From positions 6,066 to 70,065 of IMG/VR virus record IMGVR_UViG_2903589935_000002: a stretch of 64,000 nucleotides of DNA; one strand, written 5' to 3'. The stretch is from a virus (Duplodnaviria; Caudoviricetes). The position numbers were made by a program, and so were the translations under genes. Below are positions 45,898 through 56,677 of the stretch, piece after piece. Numbering within the stretch: position 1 is the first letter of the stretch; each line of letters starts with the position of its first letter. Below the pieces are notes generated by a model. The model was not told where the DNA came from. It did no database searches and saw only the letters and a program-made list of their open reading frames with translations.

Positions 45898-46281
45898 ATG
45901 ACCGACAAAGAAATCGAGCAGGAAATTCAAGCCAAAGGCAAAACCGCGCCCCGCATAACGCCTGACCATATCGAGAGCATTATCAGCGACTGTTATTACT
46001 TTACTGCGCAAGACGGGTTAATGACTGCAAATCCTGACGCAGCGCAATACTCACCAAAGTCTCTTGATCTGCTTACCTTCTGCGTACTGGTACTGAAAAA
46101 CGGGTTCACAGTCACCGGAGAAAGCGCCTGCGCCAGCCCGGAGAACTTCGACGCCGAGATTGGCCGCAAGATCGCCCGCGACAACGCTGTGCAAAAAATC
46201 TGGGCGCTGGAAGGTTACCTGCTGAAGCAGCGCATGCATGACGATGCGCATCTGCGTGAACTGTTACGGCAGAAAGAGTAA
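45898..46281 (+). CDS. Gp49-family (N4-Gp49/Sf6-gp66-like) protein
   Basis: KTAPRITP..LKNGFTVTGESACASPENFDAEIGRKIA..LEGYLL. Confidence 0.88.
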   Translation: MTDKEIEQEIQAKGKTAPRITPDHIESIISDCYYFTAQDGLMTANPDAAQYSPKSLDLLTFCVLVLKNGFTVTGESACASPENFDAEIGRKIARDNAVQKIWALEGYLLKQRMHDDAHLRELLRQKE

Positions 46282-46331
46282 CACCCACCGCACAACACCA
46301 AGCGCCAGCCTAACCGCTGGCGTTTTCATTT

Positions 46332-46365
46332 GGTCGGGATTCCGACCGCGTAACCGCAACAAAAT
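46332..46365 (+). promoter_or_regulatory. Late promoter box 2 (capsid)
   Basis: GGTCGG-gatt-CCGACC, N12, CAAAAT. Confidence 0.7.
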
Positions 46366-46492
46366 CACTCCAACAGCCCGGCGTGGTAGCCGGATACCTG
46401 ATTCCCCGCTGCCCGTAAGCGCCAACCGGCCAGCGTTGAACCGAGCCGGGAAACCGATACCTCGCAGGCGATAATTTTTGGAGTGATAAAAA

Positions 46493-47404
46493 ATGGCTTT
46501 TGATCCGAACAAGAACATGATTACCGCCGCATTTGTGCAGCAGTTCCATGATTCTTTCGAAATTCAGTCTCAACAGAAGGACTCGCGCCTGCAGGCTGCC
46601 GTACACGATCGCGGGATGATCACCGGCGCGTCGTTCACCATCAACGATATGGGCACCATCGAAATGAATCCAATCACCGAGCGCTTTGGCGATACGGTGT
46701 GGGATCTTCCTGAAGCGGGTACCCGTAACGCGCTGATGGCGGATTACGGTGTGTTCGTGCCGGTGGAAAAACGCGACCTGCGCAAACTGATCGCCGACCC
46801 GCAGGGGCCATATCTGCAGCTGACCCTGGCGGCCGCGAACCGCAAAAAGGACGACGTGATTTACCGCGCGTTGCTGGATACCGTCCTGCGCAAAACCTCG
46901 AACACTGGCGCCTACGCTCCTGTGGCGCTGCCGGCGTCTCAGAAGATTGTGGCCGGCGGTACCGGCATGACCAAGGCCAAGCTGATCGCCGCCAAGGCCA
47001 TGTTCCGCCGCAACGAGTGTGACGAGCAGAACGGCGAAGAGCTGTTCATCACGTACAACGCCGACATGCTGACGCAGATCCTGAGCGACACCACCCTGAC
47101 CAGCGCCGACTTTATGGCGGTGAAAATGCTGCAGGAAGGTGCGGTGTCCGGCAACTGGTTGGGCTTCAAGTGGTTGGCATACGAAAAACTGGACTCGGCC
47201 AGCGCTGGCGATCCGGCTGTCACCACCAAGACCGCCGCCGCCTGGTGCAAGTCCGCGGTGCATTTCGGTACCGGTGCAGAGTACAACACCGATATCGGCC
47301 CGCGCCGCGACAAGAACAACACCATTCAGATTTCTGTCGATGCGTCCTATGGCGCCGGCCGCGCAGCCGAAAACAAGGTTGTCGCGATCGACTTCACCGC
47401 TTAA
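46493..47404 (+). CDS. Major capsid protein
   Basis: AFVQQF..QQKDSRL..TSADF..WLGFKW; position. Confidence 0.88.
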   Translation: MAFDPNKNMITAAFVQQFHDSFEIQSQQKDSRLQAAVHDRGMITGASFTINDMGTIEMNPITERFGDTVWDLPEAGTRNALMADYGVFVPVEKRDLRKLIADPQGPYLQLTLAAANRKKDDVIYRALLDTVLRKTSNTGAYAPVALPASQKIVAGGTGMTKAKLIAAKAMFRRNECDEQNGEELFITYNADMLTQILSDTTLTSADFMAVKMLQEGAVSGNWLGFKWLAYEKLDSASAGDPAVTTKTAAAWCKSAVHFGTGAEYNTDIGPRRDKNNTIQISVDASYGAGRAAENKVVAIDFTA

Positions 47405-47419
47405 TGCCAGCGCTCCCTT

Positions 47420-47447
47420 GCCGGGGGTAACACCCCGGCCTTTTTTA
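47420..47447 (+). terminator. Terminator after capsid gene
   Basis: gccgggg-taaca-ccccggc then T run. Confidence 0.8.
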
Positions 47448-47458
47448 TCAGGTGATCT

Positions 47459-48028
47459 ATGGCTAACAACTTCGCGATCAGCATCTGTTCAAATGCACTG
47501 CTTGCCCTCGGTGCGCACCCAATCAACAGTTTTGACGAGAACAACGAGCACGCCCGCCTTTGCTCAAATATTTATCCCACCGTTCGTAACGACCTGCTGC
47601 GAAAACATCCGTGGAATTGCGCAGTAAAGCGCGTCGTGCTCTCACCGAGCAGCACCGCACCGGCGTTCGGTTTTTCGTTTCAGTTCCCGTTACCGGGTGA
47701 CCTGCTGCGCATCCTTTCGGTGGGTGAAGCCTGGGACGATATCCCGTATCGAATCGAGGGGAAGAAGCTGCTGGCTAACCAGAGCGTGATCAGGCTGCGC
47801 TACATCTTCCGCAACGAGGATGAATCAACCTGGGACGCCGCGCTGGTGAATCTTGCCGAAGCCACTATGGCGGCAAAGCTTGCCTACGCTGTTACGGCCT
47901 CAGCCAGTCTGCGCGACAGCCTGACGCAAGAGGCTGCGTATTTGCTGCGCCAAGCCAAAGCCATTGATGGCCAGGAAGATCCGCCGGAAGAGCTGGGCGG
48001 CTATCCCACATACGAATCGAGGTTCTGA
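47459..48028 (+). CDS. Tail tubular/adaptor protein A
   Basis: ICSNALLALG..HPWNCA..LPGDLLR. Confidence 0.8.
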   Translation: MANNFAISICSNALLALGAHPINSFDENNEHARLCSNIYPTVRNDLLRKHPWNCAVKRVVLSPSSTAPAFGFSFQFPLPGDLLRILSVGEAWDDIPYRIEGKKLLANQSVIRLRYIFRNEDESTWDAALVNLAEATMAAKLAYAVTASASLRDSLTQEAAYLLRQAKAIDGQEDPPEELGGYPTYESRF

Positions 48029-48030
48029 CC

Positions 48031-50022
48031 GTGCGCGCTAACCTGATAAAAACCAATTTCACGGCAGGCGAGATTTCACCGCGCCTGATGGGCCGCGTTG
48101 ATATTTCTCGGTACGCCAACGGCGCCAAGCAGATCGAGAACGCGGTTTGCGTGGTGCAGGGTGGCGTTATGCGTCGCCCCGGCACCCGCTATGCAGCAGC
48201 GGCCAAATATGGCGACCGTAACGCACGGTTGATCCCCTACGTTTTCAACCGCTCTCAGGCGTACGTGCTGGAGTTTGGCGACGGCTACATGCGGATTTTC
48301 CAAAACGGCGCGCAGCTGGTGAACGACGATAATACCCCGTATGAAATCGCCAGCCCGTACAGCTCCGCCATGCTGCCGGCCGTGAATTACGTTCAGGGTG
48401 CCGACACCATGTTTTTGGTGCACCAGGGCGTGAAACCTCACCGACTGCAGCGTCGCGGGCAACTTGATTGGGTACTCGAACCTTGCCCGTTCATTGTTGA
48501 GCCGTTCGACGAAATCCGCGACACGCCGGAAAAGTGGTGCAGGCCCAATGTAAAAGAATTTGTCGGCAGTGAGGTTATTTTGACCTTGAGCGACGACGAG
48601 CCACCAGAGGAGGGCGGTACACCACCCATCACCGGTGAGGGGTGGACGTCGGAAGATGTTGGATCTTACGTTCGCATTAATGGCGGCTTGGTATTAATAA
48701 AAAGCGTCGACAGCGCATCAGTCGCTACCGGCACAATTCGTACCGATCTCACCGCCACACAGGCGGCCTCTCCGGGTGCATGGACGCGCGAGGATACGGT
48801 ATGGACGGACGAATTTGGCTACCCCGGTGCCGTGACGCTGTACCAACAGCGCCTCGTTCTGGCCGGATCGATACGGTACCCGCAAACCATCTGGTTCAGC
48901 GAAACCAGCGTTTATTTGTCGTTCGAGCTGGGTACCGACGACGACAAGGCGATCAGCTTTACGCTGTCGTCCGACCAACTCAACCCTATTGTGCACCTGG
49001 CACAGATGAACACGCTGATCGCTCTGACGTACGGCGGAGAATTCACGATCACCGCCGGCAACGATGCGGCGATCACCCCGACGAATATCTCGGTGAAAAA
49101 CCCCAGCCCATACGGCTGCAACGGGATCCGCCCGGTGCGAGTGGGTACCGAAATCATGTTCGTGCAGCGCGCTGGCCGCAAACTTTACGCCGTGGCCTAT
49201 GACCCTGACAGCTTTGTTTCGTATTCCGCCAACGATATGACGGTATTAGCGGAACACATCACCGCCGGCGGGGTGATCGATATGGCGTACCAGCAGCAAC
49301 CTGATGCCTTTATCTGGCTGGTGCGCACTGATGGCGTGATGGTGACGATGGCAATCGACCGGGCGCAGGAGGTTATCGCCTGGTCACGCCAGATCACCGC
49401 CGGCGGCTTTGAGTCGGTGGCGTCGATCCCGTCAGACAGTAACGATGTGGTCTACGCGCTAGTGCGCCGGGAGATCGGCGGCCAGGTGGTTCGTTACGTC
49501 GAGGTGTTCGACTCCACGCTGTATACCGACGCCGCCGTAACCGGCAGCAGCGAGGCCGGCGCAACGACGTGGTCAGGGTTAAATCATCTCGAGGGGCAGA
49601 CCGTCGATATTGTTGCTGACGGCTCAGTGATGCCTGTACAGGTGGTTTCCAGCGGTCAGATCACCCTGACAAGAAAAGCCTACCGCGTGGAAATTGGTCT
49701 GCACTTCGAGTCAACGATTCAAACGCTCACGCCAGAGGTGGGCACCACCGAGGGCACCACGCAGAGCGCCAAGAAGCGCACCAGCGAGGTGACAATGCGA
49801 TTTCTTGAAACCACGGGCGCCGAGTGCAACGGGACGATCATCCCGTTCCGCACCTTCGGCCCCGCCATTCTCGATAAGCCGGCGCCCTTGTTCACCGGCG
49901 ATCACTACTTTGGAAAATTGGGCTGGGAGAAAGGCGAGGATACGTTGCTTATCCAGCAGCGCCAGCCGTTGCCGTTCCACCTCTTGGCCATTATCACCAC
50001 TTTCACCAGCAACGGGGGCTGA
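48031..50022 (+). CDS. Tail tubular/nozzle protein B
   Basis: NFTAGEISPRLMGRVD..RRPGT..QQRL. Confidence 0.85.
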   Translation: MRANLIKTNFTAGEISPRLMGRVDISRYANGAKQIENAVCVVQGGVMRRPGTRYAAAAKYGDRNARLIPYVFNRSQAYVLEFGDGYMRIFQNGAQLVNDDNTPYEIASPYSSAMLPAVNYVQGADTMFLVHQGVKPHRLQRRGQLDWVLEPCPFIVEPFDEIRDTPEKWCRPNVKEFVGSEVILTLSDDEPPEEGGTPPITGEGWTSEDVGSYVRINGGLVLIKSVDSASVATGTIRTDLTATQAASPGAWTREDTVWTDEFGYPGAVTLYQQRLVLAGSIRYPQTIWFSETSVYLSFELGTDDDKAISFTLSSDQLNPIVHLAQMNTLIALTYGGEFTITAGNDAAITPTNISVKNPSPYGCNGIRPVRVGTEIMFVQRAGRKLYAVAYDPDSFVSYSANDMTVLAEHITAGGVIDMAYQQQPDAFIWLVRTDGVMVTMAIDRAQEVIAWSRQITAGGFESVASIPSDSNDVVYALVRREIGGQVVRYVEVFDSTLYTDAAVTGSSEAGATTWSGLNHLEGQTVDIVADGSVMPVQVVSSGQITLTRKAYRVEIGLHFESTIQTLTPEVGTTEGTTQSAKKRTSEVTMRFLETTGAECNGTIIPFRTFGPAILDKPAPLFTGDHYFGKLGWEKGEDTLLIQQRQPLPFHLLAIITTFTSNGG

Positions 50023-50024
50023 CA

Positions 50025-50474
50025 ATGATCCGCAACGCAACCGCCGGGGATATCCCGGCACTGATTGAACTTGGCGCCTGCATGTACCTTGAATCGCGCT
50101 ACGCGGAAAACTCGCCATTCGACGAGCAGAAGTGCGCCGAGCTGGCGCAGCACCTGATCGGCGCTCATGGCGGGTGCGTGCTGGTTGCCGAGCGCGATGG
50201 CCTGGTGATCGGCTGGCTGGCCGGCGGCATCGCCGAGCAATGGTTTTCGCGCAAACTGGCGGCGTTCGAGTACGGGCTATTTATCGCGCCGGAACATCGC
50301 GGCGGATCTGCGGGCCCGCGTCTGGCTAAAACCTTTATTGCGTGGGCCGCTGACCATGGCGCCGCCGTTATCAATATGGGCATCACCACCGGCGTGCACG
50401 AAGAACGCACCGGGGCAATGTATGAACGTCTTGGCCTGTCGCGCACCGGCCTGTTGTATTCGAAGGAGATTTGA
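50025..50474 (+). CDS. GNAT-family virion-module protein
   Basis: MIRNAT..FIAPEHRGG..YERLG. Confidence 0.8.
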   Translation: MIRNATAGDIPALIELGACMYLESRYAENSPFDEQKCAELAQHLIGAHGGCVLVAERDGLVIGWLAGGIAEQWFSRKLAAFEYGLFIAPEHRGGSAGPRLAKTFIAWAADHGAAVINMGITTGVHEERTGAMYERLGLSRTGLLYSKEI

Positions 50475-50476
50475 TT

Positions 50477-51004
50477 ATGTGCACCGGGTTAGAGGTGGCG
50501 GTGATCGGCTCGTCAGTGCTCGCCGCCGGCGGCGCCGTCGCTGGCGGTATTCAGCAGCAGAAGATGGCGAACTACCAGGCGGACCAGGCAAACGCCGACG
50601 CTGAGTCTGCACGCGCATCAGCGCGCGTACAAGCCGACAGGATACGCAAGGCAGGGCGTGAGCAGGCCGCACAGGCAAACGCGGCGCTGGCGGCGTCTGG
50701 CGTCGAAACTGGCGAGGGTACGGCGCTTCGCATCACGTCCGGCATCACTGGCGACGCAGAGCAGGACGCCTACACGACGATCCTGAATGGCATGAACACC
50801 GGCGCGCGGTACAACGCGCAGGCGCAGGCCGACCGACTCAGCGGCCGCAATGCGGCGACGTCCGGCTATATCAACGCGGGCAGCTCGCTGCTGTCTGCCG
50901 CCGGCACCGGTTACTCCGGCTGGAAAAAGGCCAATCCAACAACCACGACGAATACCGGCACCGCGGCGTCGAATAACATGTTCTCGAATATGGGGGTGCG
51001 CTGA
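50477..51004 (+). CDS. Internal virion (ejection) protein
   Basis: MCTG start, Ala/Gln-rich, AASGV motif. Confidence 0.75.
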   Translation: MCTGLEVAVIGSSVLAAGGAVAGGIQQQKMANYQADQANADAESARASARVQADRIRKAGREQAAQANAALAASGVETGEGTALRITSGITGDAEQDAYTTILNGMNTGARYNAQAQADRLSGRNAATSGYINAGSSLLSAAGTGYSGWKKANPTTTTNTGTAASNNMFSNMGVR

Positions 51005-53709
51005 TGCGGATACCAACCGGAAATTTTGGCAATGTGACGCCGGAGGCCAATCCTACCCGAGTCGATGTTAGGGGCGCGGGTGCAATAGGTGGTGCATTGT
51101 CTGGCCTCGGTGTTGCGGTTGGGCAGGCCGCTGGCGATATCCAGCGCGTCCAAGATAAAGCAGATTTGGCAGCGACTCAGGCGATCCTTACCGACCTTGA
51201 AGCGAAGTCTAACGATCGGTGGGAAAACCCCGAAACAGGCGCACTTGTTACACGGCAGGGGTTCAATTCCGCTGGCGTCGGCGTAGACATGGATAAGCAA
51301 GACGCAACCGATTATGACGAGGCCAGAAAAAGAGTACCTCCAAGCCAGCAAATTTACTTTGATGCGCAGTGGAAGGCCGCGCAAATCCGACGTGCCAGCA
51401 CATATAAAAATTTCGAAATCAGCCAAACCGCATCTGCTCAGCGCCAACAGCTTAACGCCACGGTGCAAAATTCGGTAGAGCAAGAGGCTTCGGCCTTTGA
51501 CGATCCTCAAGCGGCGGGGCTGATTCGTGGAGCGCGGCGCCATTCGATCGAGCTATATGGCCAGGCGCAAGGCTGGTCTGCAGATCAAATTACTGCGGCA
51601 GTGTCTGAGGCAAATCAAAAGGCCATGGAATGGCGCGCGCAAAACTATGCCGTAAGCAACCCCACTGGATGGCTGAACGGGGATTTCATGTCCAATAGCG
51701 GCGCCGGATTGGATATGCGGGCAATTTCGATAGTTGAGTCCGGCGGGAAACATTTTAATGCCGACGGGAGCATAGTCACTTCATCAGAGGGCGCGCAGGG
51801 GAAATATCAGCTGATGCCGGCCACGGGCAAGGAGTTGGCAGCCAAGCGCGGGCTGCAATACGACCCGAAAGACGAGCAGCAAAACGCGCTGCTGGCCAGC
51901 GATTACGCCAACGAACTTTACGGAAAATACGGTTCTGAAACCTTGGCAGGCGCGGCTTACAATTGGGGGCAGGGCCGGGTTGATAAGCTGATCGACAAGA
52001 TTGGCGATCCGCGAAAAGGCGAGGTTTCCGAAGCTGAATTTATTCGCAATCTCCCGGCGGAGACTCGCGGCTGGCTGGCGCGGTACCGAAAAAACAAAAC
52101 CGGACTCGATCCGGTATCGGTGAATAAAATCGACAGCATGGCTGAGGCGCAGATTAAAGAACAGCGCACAGCGGTTCGCAATCAAATTGACCCGATACTA
52201 AACAACACCATGTCGCAGCTATACAACGGTGAAGTGCCGGATGCCATGCCAGACAGGGCCACGATTCAATTTGCGTATGGGCCGCAGGGTTCAAGCATGG
52301 TGAAGCAGCTCGGCATCGCCATCGACAGCGCGCGAACGTTCCAGGCCATTCAGTACATATCGCCGGCGCAACAGCAGCAGGAGCTTTCGAAGGTAAAGCC
52401 ACAGGTGAACGATCCGGACTATGCGATCAAGATGGACGCCTACGGCAAACTCGCTGCCCTGGTGCAGAAAAGCAACACGGTAATTCAGGCTCAGCGCGAC
52501 ACCAGCCGGTTCAACGATGCACTTTTGATGGGCGAGAAACTAGACCCAACAGACAAAGCAATGCAGAAAGCGGCCGACTCAACGCCAACGGCGCAGAATT
52601 TTCGCATTAACGACGCCAGCACGCACGACGCTGTTGTGCAGCAGGTTGCGCAAACCGGGGTTATCCCTGAAAAGGTCACCACGCAACTAACGGCTATTTC
52701 TCGGGCAAAAAGCCCGGAGGTCGTGAAGCAAGGCGCCGAACTGTTCAGCCGGCTGTACGACACTGATCCTGCCTCTGTCGGTGATATGCCGAAAGAGATG
52801 CAGGGTTTTTACATGACGGTCAAGCAATTGACCGATTCAGGGATGGCGCCCGATGCGGCGATCGAGCAAGCTCAAAACGTCACCTACAACCAAACGGATG
52901 CGCTCAAGGCACAATTGGCATCTGAGCAGGGGACGGCAGCGTATAAAAAAGAGCGTGGCAAAGCTATAGGCTCTGCAGCCAGCAGTATGGCGCAATGGTT
53001 CCGCTGGGATCCATCCGCCGATGATCAAACGCCAGATGCTGCACGCTTCAGGAATGATTACCAGACGCTCTATGACCTCAACTATCGCACTGCCGGCGGC
53101 AATGCAGATGTTGCCAAAAAAATGACCAATCAACAGATTGCCCGCACCTGGAGCATCAGTGAAGTGAACGGCAATGCGCAGTTCATGAAATACGCCCCGG
53201 AAGCATTGCATAACTACGGCCCATCAGGCTGGCAGGCCGCTCAGTGGAAAGAGGAAAAATTGCAGTTGATGTACGGCGACCGTACAGAAAGTATCGAGAC
53301 CAGCGGCGCCAGTCTTGGGATCACCTCCGGCCGCACGGCCTTCGTGGAAACCAAAACCCCAAAATCTAAAGTGGGGGGAGAGCTCGAAATCGCAGCTGAT
53401 GTTTCAACGCCAAGGACTGGCGACTACGCGATCATGGTGCGTACGAAGGATAAAGACGGCATAGAAAGCGTACAGCCTTATTACGACAAGTATGGGCGTT
53501 CTATGCGCTGGAAACCTTCTTTGCAGGATTGGGAGCCTTACCAAAAAATGCAAAAAGAGCGTGAGGATAAAAATCAGGAGGAGATTTCAAAAGGGCAGGA
53601 AGTTCGTGACTTCAAAGCCAAGCATAGAGCCCTCGATGAAATGTATAAGCGCCTGCACGACGAGCGCGTAAATCGTCAAAAACAGTATTTTTCATGGAGC
53701 GCAGAATAA
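51004..53709 (+). CDS. Internal virion protein with lytic transglycosylase domain
   Basis: VESGG, GAQGKYQLMPAT, AAYNWG motifs. Confidence 0.85.
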   Translation: MRIPTGNFGNVTPEANPTRVDVRGAGAIGGALSGLGVAVGQAAGDIQRVQDKADLAATQAILTDLEAKSNDRWENPETGALVTRQGFNSAGVGVDMDKQDATDYDEARKRVPPSQQIYFDAQWKAAQIRRASTYKNFEISQTASAQRQQLNATVQNSVEQEASAFDDPQAAGLIRGARRHSIELYGQAQGWSADQITAAVSEANQKAMEWRAQNYAVSNPTGWLNGDFMSNSGAGLDMRAISIVESGGKHFNADGSIVTSSEGAQGKYQLMPATGKELAAKRGLQYDPKDEQQNALLASDYANELYGKYGSETLAGAAYNWGQGRVDKLIDKIGDPRKGEVSEAEFIRNLPAETRGWLARYRKNKTGLDPVSVNKIDSMAEAQIKEQRTAVRNQIDPILNNTMSQLYNGEVPDAMPDRATIQFAYGPQGSSMVKQLGIAIDSARTFQAIQYISPAQQQQELSKVKPQVNDPDYAIKMDAYGKLAALVQKSNTVIQAQRDTSRFNDALLMGEKLDPTDKAMQKAADSTPTAQNFRINDASTHDAVVQQVAQTGVIPEKVTTQLTAISRAKSPEVVKQGAELFSRLYDTDPASVGDMPKEMQGFYMTVKQLTDSGMAPDAAIEQAQNVTYNQTDALKAQLASEQGTAAYKKERGKAIGSAASSMAQWFRWDPSADDQTPDAARFRNDYQTLYDLNYRTAGGNADVAKKMTNQQIARTWSISEVNGNAQFMKYAPEALHNYGPSGWQAAQWKEEKLQLMYGDRTESIETSGASLGITSGRTAFVETKTPKSKVGGELEIAADVSTPRTGDYAIMVRTKDKDGIESVQPYYDKYGRSMRWKPSLQDWEPYQKMQKEREDKNQEEISKGQEVRDFKAKHRALDEMYKRLHDERVNRQKQYFSWSAE

Positions 53710-56600
53710 TGCCGGTATATGCAAAACCCGAGGAACTGAATAACGATTTCGCGCCGGCTGGCAGTATTCTGACGCAACCATCAGGCTTCGACGTTTCTCT
53801 ACCTGAAGGCACAAATCCCCGACCTCAAGAAGAAACACCTTCGGTATGGGGCGCTGCTTTTCGCCAGAATAACGTCTTGGCTGGCATGTTCCAGCCAACA
53901 AAGCAATTTGAGCCCGTGGAGGGTTATAACCCCTATGCTGATAAAACTGAGCTGCAGGGTTATGAGCAATGGGCGACGGCGTTTTCTGATGCAAATTCAC
54001 CGCAGGAAACCGCGTGGATCAAACAGCAGATCGATGATGAAAATGAAGATCGCCGGGTTCTGTCTGAAGCGGGTGGCGTGGGGACATTGGCCAGTATTGC
54101 AGCCGGTGCTGTTGATCCTGTGACAGTCGCTTCTATGTTTATTCCCGGCGCACAGGGCGGCGCGCTGGCGCGCATAGGATCTCAAGTGGCCATTGGCGCC
54201 GCCGGAACAGCCCTCAGTGAAGTGGCATTGAACAACCAGCAGGTTACGCGCACATGGGGAGAGAGCGCCGCTCACGTCGCCGCTGGTGCGTTGCTGAGCG
54301 GTGTTTTCGCCAGTGCTGGAACGGCCATATCTCCATCGGTAAGAACCGCGGCCACACGCGAAGTCGGCGACGCTCTGGATAACTTTAGCGTCGCCAGCGC
54401 GGTGGACAACGCCGCCGCCTCTCTGCCGGAAGGTGGAAGCGTTGGCGCTGCCCGCATAAGCGAGGCGACGCTGGAAGATTTGACGCCGGTATCAGGTGGC
54501 GCGATCGGTACGCTCGCCCGTAGAGCTGGCAGTTATCTGACGCCGGTCACGCGCTTGATGGAGTCACCATCCAAGACTGCCCGCCGCACTGCGCTGGAGC
54601 TGGCGGAAAACAACTTCACGCTCGAGGGTAACCTGCGAGGTATCGAGACGCCGATCGCGGCGGAAACCCGCGTTCGCGGTTGGCGTCGTGAAGAAGCTGC
54701 AGTCGTGGTAACCAATAAACAGGCTTACGCGAAGTATAAGGCAGATGGCGGCGATCTCGGATTTGCATCGTTCCGGGAGGAGGTGGGCAACGCCATGCGC
54801 AACGGCGACATTCACGGCAATGTCGCGGTGCAGGATGCGGCGCGCGCGATGCGCATGGTGGTGGATAGGGTGAAGGTGGCCCAGCAGAAACTTGGCCTTT
54901 TACCGGCCGACGAAGAGCTTAAAGCTATCGGCCAAACCAGTTACTTCCCGCGCGTGTACAAAGTCGGGAAGATCATCAGTGAGCGCGATAAGTTTCGCAA
55001 CATGCTGGTGGATTGGTGGTCTCGCGGTGAAAAAACCATGTCGCGTGAAGAGGCTGAAATTACTGCTGACGCGACCATTAACAAAATCGTGGGCGCCAAA
55101 ATTCCGCAGGATTTCGCCAACGTGTTCACGGTTAAAGCAGCAGGAAGCACCAGGTCGAGGACACTTAGTGTTCCTGACCGACTGATGAAAGACTATCTGG
55201 AAAGTGACGCTAATTACGTCCTGCAGCGCCATATCCGCGAGGCGTCGGCGGAAGTCGAGTTAACCCGCACCTTCGGAAATAAGAGCCTCGATAAGCAGCT
55301 GAAGGACATTCAGGACGAATACGACGCGCTGATGCGAAGCAAGCCAGCCGAGCAGGCAAAATTGGCGAAAGCCAGGGACAACGATATTCGCGATATAACC
55401 GCGCTCCGCGACCGGCTGGTTGGCACCTATGGCATGCCTGACGATCCATCGTCGTTCTTTGTGCGCGCTGGCGCTTTCCTGCGTAGCGCCAACTTTGTCA
55501 CGAAGCTGGGCGGCATGACCGTGTCGGCCATCCCGGACTTGGCGCGCGGCGTGATGGTGAACGGTTTCAGTAACTCAATGCGCGGTTACTCTGCGCTGAT
55601 CAGCCGTTCGCCGGCATTCAAAGCCAGCCGGGCCGAGATGCAGAAAATGGCGGTTGGTCTGGAAACCATCTTGCATACGCGGGCGCGCACGATGGGCGAC
55701 CTGGTGGACAGCTCGTCGCGTACTACGGCCGTAGAGGCCGGCATGGAGCGCGTTACCGATGTGTTCGGCAAGCTGACGCTGATGGGGCATTTCGACGACG
55801 TGAACAAGTCGGTAAACGGCATGATAACGTCGGACAGTATTCTATCTGGGGCGGCCGCCGCCAAGAAACTTGCGAAGCTCGGGATCAACCCCAATATGGC
55901 CGGCCGTATCCGCAGCGAGTTCCAGAAGCATGGCGAGGTGATCGACGGTTGGCATATTGGCAATTTTGAAAAATGGGACGATCAGCACGTCGCCGGCGTA
56001 TTCCAGTCGGCGGTTTTAAAGGACGTAAACAACACGGTTATTACACCGGGCATCGGCGACACGCCATTATGGGCCAGTACGCCATTGGGTAAGACGGTAT
56101 TTCAGTTCAAATCCTTCGCGACAGCGTCATATAACCGCGCCACGCTGGGCGGCCTGCAGGAGGGTACTGCTCAATTCTACTATGGCACCGCTTTCCAGAT
56201 CGGCCTTGGCGCGCTGACGTATGCATTGAAACAGGCGGCCAACGGGAAGGATATCGATACATCCCCGCAAAAGCTGGTTCTGGAAGGTCTGGATCGGTCA
56301 GGTATTCTCGGGCCACTGATGGAATACAACAACATGGCGGAAAAGGCTTCTGGCGGCATGGTCGGTCTGGGGGCTATTTTCGGGATGGGAACGCAGTCAA
56401 GGTACGCCAGTAGGGGGTTTATAGGGTCGGCGCTGGGGCCAACTTTCGGCTTGCTGGATACGTTGACTGATGTTACATCCGGCGTGCTGAACGGCGACGC
56501 CGGAGATCGTGTTATCCACAATGCGCGAACACTCCTGCCAGGGAATAATCTGTTCTGGATCGCGCCTTTGATTAATCAAGTTGATCCGGGTATGAGGTAA
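53709..56600 (+). CDS. Large internal virion (ejection) protein
   Basis: SYFPRVY, VFQFKSF, RTLLPGNN motifs; position. Confidence 0.78.
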   Translation: MPVYAKPEELNNDFAPAGSILTQPSGFDVSLPEGTNPRPQEETPSVWGAAFRQNNVLAGMFQPTKQFEPVEGYNPYADKTELQGYEQWATAFSDANSPQETAWIKQQIDDENEDRRVLSEAGGVGTLASIAAGAVDPVTVASMFIPGAQGGALARIGSQVAIGAAGTALSEVALNNQQVTRTWGESAAHVAAGALLSGVFASAGTAISPSVRTAATREVGDALDNFSVASAVDNAAASLPEGGSVGAARISEATLEDLTPVSGGAIGTLARRAGSYLTPVTRLMESPSKTARRTALELAENNFTLEGNLRGIETPIAAETRVRGWRREEAAVVVTNKQAYAKYKADGGDLGFASFREEVGNAMRNGDIHGNVAVQDAARAMRMVVDRVKVAQQKLGLLPADEELKAIGQTSYFPRVYKVGKIISERDKFRNMLVDWWSRGEKTMSREEAEITADATINKIVGAKIPQDFANVFTVKAAGSTRSRTLSVPDRLMKDYLESDANYVLQRHIREASAEVELTRTFGNKSLDKQLKDIQDEYDALMRSKPAEQAKLAKARDNDIRDITALRDRLVGTYGMPDDPSSFFVRAGAFLRSANFVTKLGGMTVSAIPDLARGVMVNGFSNSMRGYSALISRSPAFKASRAEMQKMAVGLETILHTRARTMGDLVDSSSRTTAVEAGMERVTDVFGKLTLMGHFDDVNKSVNGMITSDSILSGAAAAKKLAKLGINPNMAGRIRSEFQKHGEVIDGWHIGNFEKWDDQHVAGVFQSAVLKDVNNTVITPGIGDTPLWASTPLGKTVFQFKSFATASYNRATLGGLQEGTAQFYYGTAFQIGLGALTYALKQAANGKDIDTSPQKLVLEGLDRSGILGPLMEYNNMAEKASGGMVGLGAIFGMGTQSRYASRGFIGSALGPTFGLLDTLTDVTSGVLNGDAGDRVIHNARTLLPGNNLFWIAPLINQVDPGMR

Positions 56601-56677
56601 CATTTACATGGATATCTTTATAGAAAAAATGTAGAATCCGCAAACCTTTAAGATTATTGCGGTTGACTTCTATAAAA

